This document shows, in pieces, positions 13,285 to 25,544 of a stretch of 55,680 nucleotides of DNA. The DNA lies in NCBI RefSeq assembly GCF_964213995.1, contig NW_027592387.1, positions 1 to 55,680 of the forward strand. The letters are read 5' to 3'. Below the pieces are notes generated by a model. The model had not been told where the DNA came from. It searched no databases and was given only the letters and a program-made list of their open reading frames with translations. The translations under genes and the position numbers were made by a program. The number at the start of each line of letters is the position of its first letter. Position 1 is the first letter of the stretch. Source of the DNA: Mustelus asterias (Eukaryota).

Positions 13285-14600
13285 ATGTGAATTAGGAGCA
13301 GGAGAAGGCCACTCGGCCCCTCGAGCCTGCTCCACCATTCAATAGGATCCTGGCTGATGTGATTGTAGCTTCAACTCCACTTTCCTTCTTACCCCTCACA
13401 CCCTTTGACTCTCTTGTCAATCAAGAATCTATTAAATTCAGACTTCAGAATATTCAGTGAGCCAGCCTCCACCACTCTCTGTGGAAGAGAATTCCACACT
13501 GTAACAACCCTCTGAGAGAAAAGGTTTCTCCTCATCCCAGTCTTAAATGGGAGACCCCTTATTTTTAAACTGTGCCTCTAGTTCTCCTCTCTCTACAATC
13601 AACATCCACTCTGTCAAGTCCCCTCTGAATTTTATATGTTTCAATCAGATCCTCTCTCATTCTTCTAAACACCAATAGATACAGGCCGAACATGTCCAAC
13701 TTTTCATCATATGACAACCCCCTCATCCCAGGAATCAGTCAAGTAAACCTTCTCCGAGCTACTTCTCACACAAGTCCTCTCTTAAGTAAGGAGATCGAAA
13801 CTCCTAGAGTACACAGTACTCTAGATGTAGTCTCACCAATACCCTGAACAAATGTAGCAAAACATCCCCGCAATAAACAACAATTCATTTACCTTTCTAA
13901 TCATTTGCTGTATCCGCACATTAACGTTTCCTGATTACAGTACCAGGACACCCAGATCCCTCTGTACCTCAAAGTTCTGCAATCTCTCTGTTTAAATAAT
14001 CAGCTGCTTTCCCATCCTTCCTGTCCAAATGGACAAGTTCACATTATCCAAAAATCTTGTTCCAGCTGCCAACTTTTTACCCACTGACTGACCCTATCCA
14101 TATCGCTTTACAGGCTTGTTATGGTCATTCACATCTCACTTTCCCACCTAACTTTGTGTCATCAACAAATTTTGACCCTGTCAGTCATCCACATCATGAA
14201 AATAGTTTGTCAATAGTTGAGGGCCCAGCACTGATCCCTGTGGCACTCCACAGGCTACACTTTGCTGTCCCAAAAATGACTCCTTTCTCCCTCCTCTCTG
14301 TTTCCTATTAGCTCATCAATCCTCTATCCATGCTAATATAAAGAATCGACGTGGATGGGACGCTAATATGCCTTATGCTACGAATTCCTATTTAGTGTGG
14401 TAAACTTTGATGTGGCACCTTGTCAAATGCCTTCTGGAAATCTAAATACACCACATCCACAGGTTCCACTTTATCCACATTGCTTGTTACTTCGTCAAAG
14501 AAATCCAATAAATCAATTAACATGATTTCCCTTGCACAAAACCATGTTCACTCTGCCTGATTGCACGGAGATTATCTGTGTCCCACCCCAGCTCCTTAAT
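13285..14600 (-). mobile_element. Degraded CR1 LINE fragment
   Basis: Reverse complement resembles CR1 RT and 3' UTR (TTTGACAAGGTGCCACAT, GTGCCACAGGGATCAGTGCTGGGCCCTC, GAGGGGCCGAGTGGCCTTCTCCTGCTCCTAATTC); no long ORF. Confidence 0.8.
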
Positions 14601-14679
14601 AACAGAATGAACATGATTCAATCCTGCATGGGATTATTTATTACTTAAATAATAGATAGATAAATAAATAAATGAACAC

Positions 14680-15022
14680 GGGCGGCACGGTAGCACAGTG
14701 GTTAGCACTGCTGCTTCACAGCTCCAGGGTCCCAGGTTCGATTCCCGGCTCGGGTCACTGTCTGTGTGGAGTTTGCACATTCTCCTCGTGTCTGCGTGGG
14801 TTTCCTGTGGGTGCTCCGGTTTCCTCCCACAGTCCAAAGATGTGCGGGTTAGGTTGATTGGCCAGGTTAAAAATTGCCCCTTAGAGTCCAGAGATGCGTA
14901 GGTTAGAGGGATTAGCAAGTAAAATATGTGGGGGTAGGGCCTGGATGGGATTGTGGTCGGTGCAGACTCGATGGGCCGAATGGCCTCCTTCTGCACTGTA
15001 GGGTTTCTATGATTCTATGATT
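14680..15022 (+). mobile_element. Full-length tRNA-derived SINE (HE1/V-SINE-like)
   Basis: A box TAGCACAGTGG, B box GGTTCGATTCC, central GTGTGGAGTTTGCACATTCTCC, CR1-like 3' end with (ATTCTATG)n tail; 24-bp flanking duplication 14613-14636/15017-15040. Confidence 0.9.
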
Positions 15023-16500
15023 CAGTCCTGCATGGGATTAGCAGCAACAGCAGAATCCAATCCCTGCAGTGACTTGTGAACTTGCTGGTGTCTCAGCAGA
15101 TTGGCTGACCGAGCAAATCTCTTCCCACATACGGAGCAGGTGAACGATCTCTCTCCCGTGTGAATCTGCTGGTGTCTCAGCAGGTGGGATGACTGAGTGA
15201 ACCTTTTCCCACACACGGAGCAGGTGAATGATCTCTCTCCAGTGTGAATTTGCTGGTGTCTCAGCAGGTCCTTAGTGCTTTTAAAACTCTTCTCACAGTC
15301 AGAACACTTAAACGGTCTCTGATCAGTGTGGACCAGTTGATGTGCAATGAGCTGGGGTGGCTGAGTGAATCGTTTCCCACATGTGGAGCAAGTGAAGGGT
15401 TTCTCCCCAGAGTGAATTCGCTCGTGTATCAGAAGCTGGGCTGAATCAGTGAATCCCTTCCCACACACACAGCAAATGAATGGTTTCTCCCCGGTGTGAA
15501 CTCGCTGGTGTCTCAGACAGTGGGATGAATGGGTGAATCCCATCCCACACACCGAGCAGGTGAACGGTTTCTCCCCAGTGTGAACTCGCTGGTGTCTCAG
15601 ACAGTGGGATGAATGGGTGAATCCCATCCCACACACCGAGCAGGTGAACGGTTTCTCCCCAGTGTGAACTCGCTGGTGTCTCAGACGGTGGGATGAATGG
15701 GTGAATCCCATCCCACACACCGAGCAGGTGAACGGTTTCTCCCCAGTGTGAACTCGCTGGTGTGTCACCAAATCCTGTTTCCTTTTAAAGCTCTTCTCTC
15801 AGTCAGAACACTGAAATGGCCTCTTATCAGAGTGAACTCGCTGGTGTGTTTGCAGCTGGGATAAACGTCCGAATCTCCTCTCACACACGGAGCAGGTGAA
15901 TGGCTTCTCCCCAGTGTGAGTGCGCTGATGGACTTGTAAATCATTTTTACTTTTAAATCTCTTCTCACAGTCAGAACATTGAAATGGTCTCTGATCAGTG
16001 TGAACAAGTTGGTGTGTCAGAAGGTGGGATGACTGAGTGAATCCCTTCCCACACACTGAGCAGGAGAACGGTCTCACCACCATGTGAGTGCGCTGGTGTC
16101 TCAGGAGGTCCTTTGTGCTTTTAAAGCTTTTCTCACAATCAGAACACTGAAACAGTCTCTGATCGGAGTGAACCTGCCGGTGAATCAGGAGGCTTGATAA
16201 AGCATGACATCCCCTCCCACATTCGAGGCAGGTGAATGGCCTCTCACCAGTGTGAACACGCCGGTGTGTATAGAGGCTGGATGAGTAAGCAAATCCTTTC
16301 CCACACTCAGAGCAGGTGAACGGCCTCTCTCCAGTGTGAACACGACGATGAATATCCAATTCGGACGGGTAATTGAATCCCCTCCCACAGTCCCCACATT
16401 TCAATGGTTTCTCTGTGGAGCCGGTGTCCTCGTGTGACTCCAGGTTGGATGATGAGTTGAAGCCTCGTTTACACAGAATATGTGTCGGGTCACTACTCAC
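15022..16500 (-). pseudogene. C2H2 zinc-finger gene B: 16 fingers, in-frame TGA (Cys codon) at 15799-15801 in finger 8, no clear ATG
   Basis: ORFs 15799-16500 and 15022-15771 are in the same frame; family start MEKP reads TEKP; family splice acceptor TTTTGCAG with exon starting at 16762. Confidence 0.8.
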
Positions 16501-16999
16501 TGAGAATGATGTGATTATTTTTCAGACTTGTTAAACCACTTTCCACATTCAGCACATTCGAAACTCACAGGTGTGTTTGTGTGTAGGTGCTTTTTCAGTC
16601 ACACTGATGTTTGAAATCTTTGCCCGCAGACAGAATGAACATTTCTCCTTCTGGAGACAAAGGCTGATGATATTCAGTTTCTGATTAATCAAATCACTGA
16701 AACAGACCTTGATGTGAAGTTTGGTTCGAGTTTCACATCTGTAAATTCTCCTTCATAATACCCTGCAAAAACAATTTACCAATACCATCACTGTCAGTGC
16801 AGGATAGAAATTCTGAACAGACAATTCATAGTTTCTCTGGAACATATTTTCCTCTCTTGTTCCCCCAAATCTATAAATCCCCGTCCCACACACTCTCCCT
16901 CCTCCCCTGGGCTGAAATCCAAACCCATCTCAACATCTCCACCATTTCTTCCCTCCACTCCCAGTTTCCTCCCTCCCTCTCCTGTCTGGGTTCAGTTCT

Positions 17000-17285
17000 T
17001 GATGTGGAAATCTCACTAACTGTCCTGGCTGGAGACAATACACATCTCTTTAACCTGTGCTTAACCCTCTCTCCACTCACATTGTCTGTACCTTTAAGAC
17101 TTGATTACCTGTAAAGACTCACATTCCAACCATTATCTTGTAAATTGAGTTTGTGTCAATATATATGCCCCGTTTATGAACACAAGTCCTACTCACCTGA
17201 TGAAGGAGCAGTGATCCGAAAGCAAGTGGCTTTTGCTACCAAATAAACCTGTTGGTCTTTAACCTGGTGTTGTGAGACTTCTTAT
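17000..17285 (+). mobile_element. Penelope-like element 3' fragment
   Basis: Terminal CCAAATAAACCTGTTGG.CTTTAACCTGGTGTTGTGAGACTTCTTA; 13-bp direct repeat TGGGTTCAGTTCT at 16987-16999/17286-17298; hammerhead-like core at 17194-17228. Confidence 0.8.
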
Positions 17286-17499
17286 TGGGTTCAGTTCTCC
17301 AGCTCCTGTCTGCAGACTGACAATAAAACCAATGGGTCTTATTGGGGGTGTTGGGGCCTCCAGCGGGTGTTTGTGAATCCTCCCCGCCCACCTCCCAGGG
17401 TTTCCTTCCTTCCCAGAGATCAGAGTCCTCATTGATTTGAGGCCAAAGTGTAACCTCTTATTTATTGTCCCCCTCCCCCATCCTCTGATGTGAACCATC

Positions 17500-18620
17500 C
17501 TCCAGTGGCTGAGCCAGGATGGGGCCGCTAACCTGGGCCTGTTCCCGGGAGGGAGGGAGGGAGGGAGAAGCCCCGCAGCTGCAAACCAGGGAGCTGACAA
17601 TGATTCTGAAGGGTTTGCGGATCCACAAAGTGTTTCCAAATCCTCCCAGCCACCGCCTAACGCTGACTCCGCTTCTCCGGGACAAACAAGCGCCAAGGAC
17701 AGCAATGACACTGCGCATGCTCCACATCACAATGCCCGGGGACTGATTGACGGCAGCTCCGGACCAATAGGAAGAGGGGGCGGGACTGGCCGACCGAGCG
17801 GGAGCGGCTGGTCCTCCAACCAATCAGAGTGAATGAAGGCGGGACCTGAAGCATGCGCAGTGCGGGTAATGGCGTCGGAAGGACGGTTTTGACTCGGAAG
17901 CGAGATCAATACCAGGTAGAGGGGGCGTGCGGGGAATGATAAATGTGGCGGGTGGGTGGAGAGGCTTTGTAAACATGTTGTTCAAACCCAGACCCCGGAA
18001 ATGAACTTCCCGGTTCCCCCCCTTTGTACCAAATGGAGCGGCAGCTTGTAGTGTTAGACCCGGGCTGACTGCCGCCATTGAGGCTGCATGTGGGAGGCCG
18101 GCAGGGATTGTGATCGGAGAGGGAAGCCCTGACGTCACAATGGAATGGGTGAGAGTGTGACATCACAATGGAATGGGTGAGGGTGTGACGTCACAATGGA
18201 ATGGGTGAGGGTGTGACGTCACAATGGAATGGGTGAGAGTGTGACGTCACAATGGAATGGGTGAGGGTGTGACGTCACAATGGAATGTGATCGGAGAGCG
18301 AAGTTTCACTCTGAAGCTCATTGGACAACTTCCGCATTGTGATGCCACGATAGAGCCCTGCCTGAATCAGCCAATAGGAATCACTCTGCTCCGCGGTGAT
18401 GTCTCCGGGTTCCAGTGCGCAGGCCCGGGCGCGCGGACCCGGGAGCCCCGCCCCCACCCATTGTTCCCCTCCCCCTACACCACATCGAGCCAAGGTTTCC
18501 AGGCAAGCGGCTGGCGGCTCCAGCCAGAGCGAGAAGCCGCTCGGTGATCTCCCCCTCCCCCCGGCCGGGGACTGCAAAATGTGCGAGGGAGAGGGGAAGC
18601 TGTGCATATGCGGGGGAGAA
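17500..18620. promoter_or_regulatory. CpG island, probable bidirectional promoter between head-to-head ZNF genes B and C
   Basis: CpG-dense; CCAAT boxes (~17764, ~17820, ~18371), GGGGGCGGG, NRF1-like TGCGCATGC/GCATGCGCA, YY1-like AATGGCG on both strands (~17868 plus, ~18080 minus). Confidence 0.75.
18130..18287. repeat. 28-bp tandem repeat x6, each unit carrying a CRE palindrome
   Basis: TGACGTCA at 18130, 18186, 18214, 18242, 18270 and TGACATCA at 18158. Confidence 0.95.
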
Positions 18621-19074
18621 CCCACCCTCTGAATGAGAGAGGAAAGAATGTTCCATAGAAATTGTCTGTTCTGAATTTCTATCCTGTACTGACACTGATG
18701 ACTTTTGGAAACTCATTTTACAGGATATTGAAAGAGGAATCACAGGCTGAAATCTCAAATGTCACGTCTCGATCTGACAGAGTCATATTCCTTGGGACCT
18801 CAATATCATCGGACTTTGAATCCAGAAGGAGAAATGATTGTCCAGTCTGTCGATTTGAAAAGATTTGAAATGTCAGTGTGAGTGAAAAAGCATCAACACA
18901 CTGCCACACTTGAGTGAGTGTGTTCCAATGCACTGACTAAAGAGCTTTAACCAGTTACACAGTCTGAATAAATATCACACCATTCACAGCGGGTGGAGAC
19001 TGTAATCTTGTTCTGTGTGTGGACGAAGTTTCAACTAATTGTCCACTCAAGAGTGAGGTAAGGACACCTCCACC

Positions 19075-21096
19075 ATGGCGAAACCATGGAAATGTGCGGA
19101 CTGTGGGAAGGGATACGGAACCCCATCAGAGCTGGAAGCTCATCGGCGCAGCCACACTGGGGAGAGGCCGTTCATCTGCTCTCAATGTGGGAAGGGATTC
19201 AGTCAGTTATCCAACCTGCAGAGACACCAGCGAGTTCACACTGGGGAGAGGCCGTTCACCTGCTCTCAGTGTGGGGAGGGATTCACTCAGTCATCCCACC
19301 TGCAGAGACACCAGCGAGTTCACACTGGGGAAAGGCCCTTCACCTGCTCTCAGTGTGGGAAGGGATTCACTCGGATATCCAGCCTGCAGAGACACCAGCG
19401 AGTTCACACTGGAGAGAGGCCGTTCACTTGCTCTCAGTGTGAGAAGGAATTCACTTATTTATCCACCCTGCAGTCACACCAGCGAGTTCACACTGGGGAG
19501 AGGCCGTTCACCTGCTCTCAGTGTGGGGAGGGATTCACTCGGTCATCCCACCTGCAGTCACACCAGCGAGTTCACACTGGAGAGAGGCCGTTCACCTGTT
19601 CTCAATGTGGGGAGGGATTCACTCAGTCATCCCACCTGCAGATACACCAGCGAGTTCACACTGGGGAGAGGCCGTTCACCTGCTCTCAGTGTGGGGATGG
19701 ATTCATTCAGTCATCCCACCTGCAGAGACACCAGCGAGTTCACACTGGAGAGAGGCCATTTACCTGCTCTCAGTGTGGTAAGAGGTTCACTCAGTTATCC
19801 AGCCTGCAGAGACACCAGCGAGCTCACACTGGGGAGAGGCCATTCACCTGCTCTCAGTGTGGGAAGGGATTCATTCAGTTATCCGAGCTGCGGACACACT
19901 AGCGAGTTCATACAGGGGAGAGGCCATTCACTTGCTCTCAGTGTGGGGAGGGATTCACTCGGTCATCCAGCCTGCTGACACACCAGCGAATTCACACTGG
20001 GGAGAGGCCGTTCACCTGCTCTCAGTGTGGGAAGGGATTCAATCAGTTATCCAACCTGCAGGCACACCAGCGAGTTCACACTGGGGAGAGGCCGTTCACC
20101 TGCTCTCAGTGTGGGAAGGGATTCACTCGGTCATCCGACCTGCGGGCACACCAGCGAGTTCACACTGGGGAGAAGCCCCCATTCACCTGCTCTCAGTGTG
20201 GGAAGGGATTCACTCGGTCATCCCACCTGCAGAGACATCAGCGAGTTCACACTGGGGAGAGACCGTTCACCTGCTCTCAATGTGAGAAGGGATTCACTCT
20301 GTCATCCCACTTGCAGACACATCAGCGAGTTCACACTGGAGAGAGACCATTCACCTGCTCTCAGTGTGCGAAGGGATTCATTCAGTTATCCAGCCTGCAG
20401 AGACACCAGCGAGTTCACACTGGAGAGAGGCCATTCACCTGCTCTCAGTGTGGGAAGGGATTCACTCAGTTATCCAGCCTGCAGACACACCAGCGAGTTC
20501 ACACTGGGGAAAGGCCGTTCACCTGCTCTCAGTGTGGGAAGGGATTCACTCGGTCAACCCATCTGCGGACACACCAGCGAGTTCACACTGGAGAGAGGCC
20601 GTTCACCTGCCCTCAGTGTGGGAAGGGATTCACTCGGTTATCCAGCCTGCAGACACACCAGCGAGTTCACACTGGGGAGAGACCATTCACCTGCTCTCAG
20701 TGTGGGAAGGGATTCACTCGGTCATCCGACCTGCGGACACACCAGCGAGTTCACACAGGGGAGAAACCATTCACCTGCTCTCAGTGTGGGCAGGGATTCA
20801 CTCAGTCATCCAGCCTGCGGGTGCACCAGCGAGTCCACACAGGGGAGAGGCCGTTCACCTGCTCTCAGTGTGGGAAGGGATTCACTCAGCTATCCAACCT
20901 GCAAACACACCAGCGAGTTCACACGGGGGAGAGGCCGTTCACCTGCTCTCAGTGCGGGCAAGAATTCACTCAGTTATCCAACCTGCAGACGCACGAGCGA
21001 GTTCACAATGGGGAGAGGCCGTTCACCTGCTCTGTGTGTGGGAAGGGTTTCAGCGTTTCATCCCGGCTGCTGAGGCACCAGCAAGTTCACAAGTGA
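19075..21096 (+). CDS. C2H2 zinc-finger gene C: 24 fingers in one frame with a single in-frame TAG (19900-19902) in finger 10; truncated gene or pseudogene
   Basis: ORFs 19075-19902 and 20311-21096 share a frame; CAG>TAG; extra Pro codon at ~20176; family acceptor TTTTACAG with exon starting at 18724. Confidence 0.85.
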
Positions 21097-21333
21097 TTCC
21101 AGAGGTTGGATTCTGCTGTTATTGTTCCTGCTCTCAATTACATCCAGGATTGCATTTTGTTCATTCTCACAGTTGGTCAATGGGAAGGGTCAGAGGGTTT
21201 CTTTGTGCTGGACTGGCTGGTCTCAGCCTCCAGTGGGCTGATGCTCTTTGAGTCTTTTTGCAAATACCTGGTTTCAAATGTCACAAGGATCACAGAGTGA
21301 CAGGGTGTTAGGAAGTTTAGAGATGTTTAGTCA

Positions 21334-22399
21334 AGAAAATAGAGGTTGGCAGTGCAAAGGTACATTTCTGAATGGAGGGCTGTGACAAGTGACATTCCTC
21401 AGGGTTCAGTGCTGGGACTTTTGCTGTTTGTAATATATCTATAAATGATTTGGAGGAAAATGTAACTGGTTTGATTGGTAAGTTTGTGGACAACACAAAG
21501 GTTGGTGGAATTGCGGATAGCGATGGGGAACGGCAGAGGATACAGCAGGATATAGATCAGTTGGAGACTTGGGCGAAGAGATGGCAGATGAAGTTTAATC
21601 CGGACAAATGTGAGGTAATGCATTTTGGAAGGTCTAATACAGATGGGAAATATACAGTAAATGGCAGAACCCTTAAGAGTATTCATAGGCAGAGGGATCT
21701 GGGTGTACAGGTACACAGGTCATTGAAAGTGGCAATGCAGGTGGAGAAGATAATCAAGAAGGCATACGGCATGCGGGCCTTCATTGGCTGGGGCATTGAG
21801 TTTAAAAATTGGCAAGTCATGTTGCAGCTTTATAGAACCTTAGTTTGACCGCACTTGGAATCTAGTGTTCAATTCTGGTCACCACACTACTAGAAGAATG
21901 TGGAGGCTTTGGAGAGGGTACGGAAAATATTTATCAGGATGTTGCCTGGTGTGGAGGGCATTAGCTATGAGGAGAGTTTGGAGAAACTTGGTCTGTTCTC
22001 ACTGGAACGACGGAGGTTGAGGGGAGACCTGATAGAAGTCTCCAAGATTATGAGGGGCATGGACAGAGTGGATAGTCAGAAGCTTTTTCCCAGGGTGGAA
22101 GAGTCAATTACGAGGGGCATAGGTTTAAGGTGCGAGGGGCAAGGTTTAAAGGAGATGTACAAGGCAGGTTTTTTACACAGAGGGTGGTGGGTGCCTGGAA
22201 CTTGTTGCCGGGGGAGGTAGTGGAAGCAGATACGATAGTGACTTTTAAGATGTGTCTTGACAAATATATGAATAGCATAGGAATAGAGGGATATGGTCCC
22301 TGGAAGGGTAGGGGTTTTAGTTCAGACGGGCAGCATGGTTGCTACAGGCTTGGAGGGCCGAAGGGCTTGTTTCTGTGCTGTAATTTTCTTTGTTCTTTG
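21334..22399 (+). mobile_element. 5'-truncated CR1 LINE inserted 3' of gene C
   Basis: KFVDNTK, FNPDKCEVMHFG, LERVRK motifs, TTCTTTG tail; absent from the paralogous flank of gene A (~8020-8035). Confidence 0.95.
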
Positions 22400-23191
22400 T
22401 TCTGTTTGGAACATCCCAAATGCCCATCCAATTTCCTTTTTAATTGTTTATTGTCTCCACTTCGTCCACCCTCATAGACAGCGAGTTTCAGGTCATTACC
22501 ATTCACTGCATCAGAATATTCTTCCTCACATCTCCCCCCTCAATTCCCCCCCCACCCCACTGCCCCCCCCCCCCAGCCCCCCACTCCCCCTCCCTTGCAT
22601 CTCTAACCCAAAACAAGAAATCTGTGTCCCCCCTCGTCCTAGTCCCATCAGCTAATGGGAACAGCTTTTCTTTGTCCACCTTATCTAAACCTGTCAGAAT
22701 CTTGTCCACCTCTATCAAATCTCCCCTCAACCTCCTTTGCTCCAAGGAAAACAACCCCAGCCTGACATTGACAATAAAGAACAAACTAACAGAATATGTT
22801 AATACCTGAAATCAAATGGGAATGTTTAATTTCTGTTTTAAAGATATTGTGAATGTATTGTCCTGGACAATAAAGGAATTGGAATAACACACCTTGGGTG
22901 TGGTTGAATGGAATATGTCAATCTGATATCCACCTACAGTCCAGTGAAAGTCTGGAATGTGTAGCTGGAAGTCCCTTCCTAACAGCACTGTGGATGTACG
23001 TGCACCTCAGGCATTGCAGCAGTTCATGAAGGCACCCTTGGGGTTGGGGTTGACCATGGCCAAGGCAGCTCCATACAGCCACATATTCTGTTATAATTGA
23101 AGGACTGCAGATTGAATGTGAGGCATTGGGGGACTGGACTATCTTGACCACATTCCTGTGACTGCCCGGAAAGTCTTGTGTCTATTTTAAA

Positions 23192-24246
23192 GCACAAAGA
23201 ACAGTACAGCACAGGAACAGGCCCTTCGGCCCTCCAAGCCTGCACCGATCATGTGTTCCTAACGAGACCATCCGTTTGTATCCCTCTATTCCCAGTCTGT
23301 TCATGTGGTTATCTAGATAAGTCTTAAATGATCCTAGCATGTCTGCCTCAACCACCTTGCTTGGTAGTGCATTCCAGGCCCCCACCACCCTCTGTGTAAA
23401 ATACGTCCCCCGCATATCTGTATTGAACCTTGCCCCCCTTATCTTGAACTTGTGACCCCTTGTGTTTGTTCTTTCTGACCTGGGAAAAAGCTTCCAACTG
23501 TTCACCCTATCTATGCCCTTCATAATTTTATAAACTTCTATTAGGTCGCCCTCAACCTCTGTTTTTCCAGGGAGAAAAACCCTAGTTTACTCAATCTCTC
23601 CTCATAGCTAATACCCTCCATACCAGGCAACATCCTGGTAAACCTTTTCTGCACTCTCTCCAAAGCCTCCACGTCCTTCTGGGAGTGTGGCGACCAGAAC
23701 TGGACGCAGTATTCCAAATGTGGCCGAACCAACGTTCTATATAACTGCAACATCATATGCCAACTTTTATACTCTATGCCCCTTCCAATAAAAGCAAGAA
23801 TGCCATATGCCTACTTCACCACCCTTTCCACCTGTGTTGCCACCTTTAAGGTTCTGTGGACTTGCACATCCAGATCCTTCTGCGTGTCTATACTCCTGAT
23901 GGTTCTGCCATTTATTGTATAGCTCCCCCCCCTGCATTAGATCTACCAAAATGCATCACTTCGCATTTATCTGGATTAAATTCCATCTGCCATTTCTCCG
24001 CCCAATTTTCCAGCCTATCTATATCCTGCTGTATTCTCTGACAATGTTCATCACTATCCGCAACTCCAGCAATCTTTGTGTCATCCGCAAACTTACTAGT
24101 CAGACCAGCTACATCTTCTTCCAAATCATTTATATATATCACAAACAGTAGAGGTCCCAGTGCAGAGCCCTGCGGAACACCACTCGTCACAGACCTCCAA
24201 TCAGAAAAAGACCCCTCCGCTGCTACCCTCTGTCTTCTATGGCCAA
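23192..24246 (-). mobile_element. 5'-truncated CR1 LINE
   Basis: GVPQGSALGPLLF, KFADDTK, LERVQKRFTRM in minus ORFs; 3' tail at ~23192. Confidence 0.95.
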
Positions 24247-24900
24247 GTAAGAAGTTTAACAACACCAGGTTAAAGTCCAACAGGTTTATTTGGGAGCAAA
24301 AGCCACACAAGCTTTCGGAGCTCTTAGCCCCTTCTTCAGGTGAGTGGGAATTCTGTTCACAAACAGAGCATATAAAGACACAGACTCAATTTACTTGAAT
24401 AATGGTTGGAATGCGAATACTTACAACTAATCAAGTCTTTAAGAAACGAAACAATGTGAGTGGAGAGAGCATCAAGACAGGCTAAAAAGATGTGTATTGT
24501 CTCCAGACAAGACAGCCAGTGAAACTCTGCAGGTCCACGCAACTGTGGGAGTTACAAATAGTGTGACATGAACCCAATATCCCGGTTGAGGCCGTCCTCG
24601 TGTGTGCGGAACTTGGCTATCAGCTTCTGCTCAGCGACTCTGCGCTGTTGTGTGTCGTGAAGGCCGCCTTGGAGAACGCTTACCCGAATATCAGAGGCCG
24701 AATGCCCGTGACCGCTGAAGTGCTCCCCAACAGGTAGAGAACAGTCTTGCCTGGTGATTGTCGAGCGGTGTTCATTCATCCGTTGTCGCAGCGTCTGCAT
24801 AGTTTCCCCAATGTACCATGTCTCGGGACATCCTTTCTTGCAGCGTATCAGGTAGACAACGTCTACAACCTGATGCAAGAAAGGATGTCCCGAGGCATGG
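24247..24900 (-). mobile_element. Penelope-like retroelement 3' part: GIY-YIG endonuclease C-terminus, 3' UTR/pLTR, fold-back 5' end
   Basis: VVYLIRCKKGCPETWYIGET..LRQRMNEH..VGEHF...EQKLI..FRT..DGLN (ORF 24552-24962); inverted repeat ~24816-24900. Confidence 0.92.
24306..24342 (-). ncRNA. Minimal hammerhead ribozyme motif in Penelope pLTR
   Basis: CAC-CTGAAGA-A-GGGGC-TAAGA-GCTCC-GAAA-GCTT-GTG. Confidence 0.7.
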
Positions 24901-25199
24901 ATCATCAGATCCCCAGAACGTTTGAAACTAGATCCATGCTCACTGCTTCCTGTCCTGGACACAGAGAGCTGGAAATCTCCATGCAGGCTGCGAGACAGAT
25001 ATATGTCTATCTGACTGGACTAACAATGTGTGGAACATACCAACTGGATTCACTTCCTTTCCCTTCAGTTGCTGCAAGTCCCCAATTTCCCCCAGAATGA
25101 GAAAAGAAATGGAATGGGGGAGAAAAGAAAAAGTGTTTTAATCACAGATGTTGGCCTTTTTTAAGGTCAAACCAAATAAACAAACTCAAGTTAAATCAG

Positions 25200-25535
25200 G
25201 ACAAAGTAAAAGGGGCAGCTCCCCAAAAGGAGGGGGAGCAGCCCAAACAAAAATCAAACTACAAAGGAAGCTTAAAAACATCAAATCATAATGTGACTAT
25301 TAGGGTCGATAACACACCCCAACCCCTGCAGTGCCCAACGGGGGCGGAAGGCGTCAACCGCACCCATGGACATCACATGTTCCCTCTCCAGGGACACCTG
25401 GCCGCGAACGTAGCCACGGTAGAGGGGCAGACAGTCAGGATGGATGGCCCCCTCGATCGCCTGCTGCCTGGACCTATAAATGGCGCGCTTTGCCAGGCCC
25501 AGGACCAGGTTCACGAGGAGGTCGCCATCCTGACC
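25200..25535 (-). mobile_element. Tx1/L1-clade LINE 3' end fragment
   Basis: DLLVNLVLGLAKRAIYRSRQ...CLPLYRGYVRGQVSLEREH resembles Tx1 ORF2 C-termini (from recall). Confidence 0.6.
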
Positions 25536-25544
25536 CGCCCCTCT

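Noticed and set aside
14680-14760. tRNA gene
   Set aside because: Pol III boxes continue into SINE body and tail; it is a SINE head.
20170-20184. Apparent frameshift at the CCCCC run in gene C
   Set aside because: It is +3 nt (extra Pro); flanking ORFs share one frame.
19075-21096. PRDM9
   Set aside because: No KRAB, SSXRD or PR/SET exon visible; several similar finger-only paralogues are present.
8408-21251. Long alternative-frame ORFs over ZNF arrays ([19 protein letters not shown])
   Set aside because: Expected shadows of 84-bp finger repeats.
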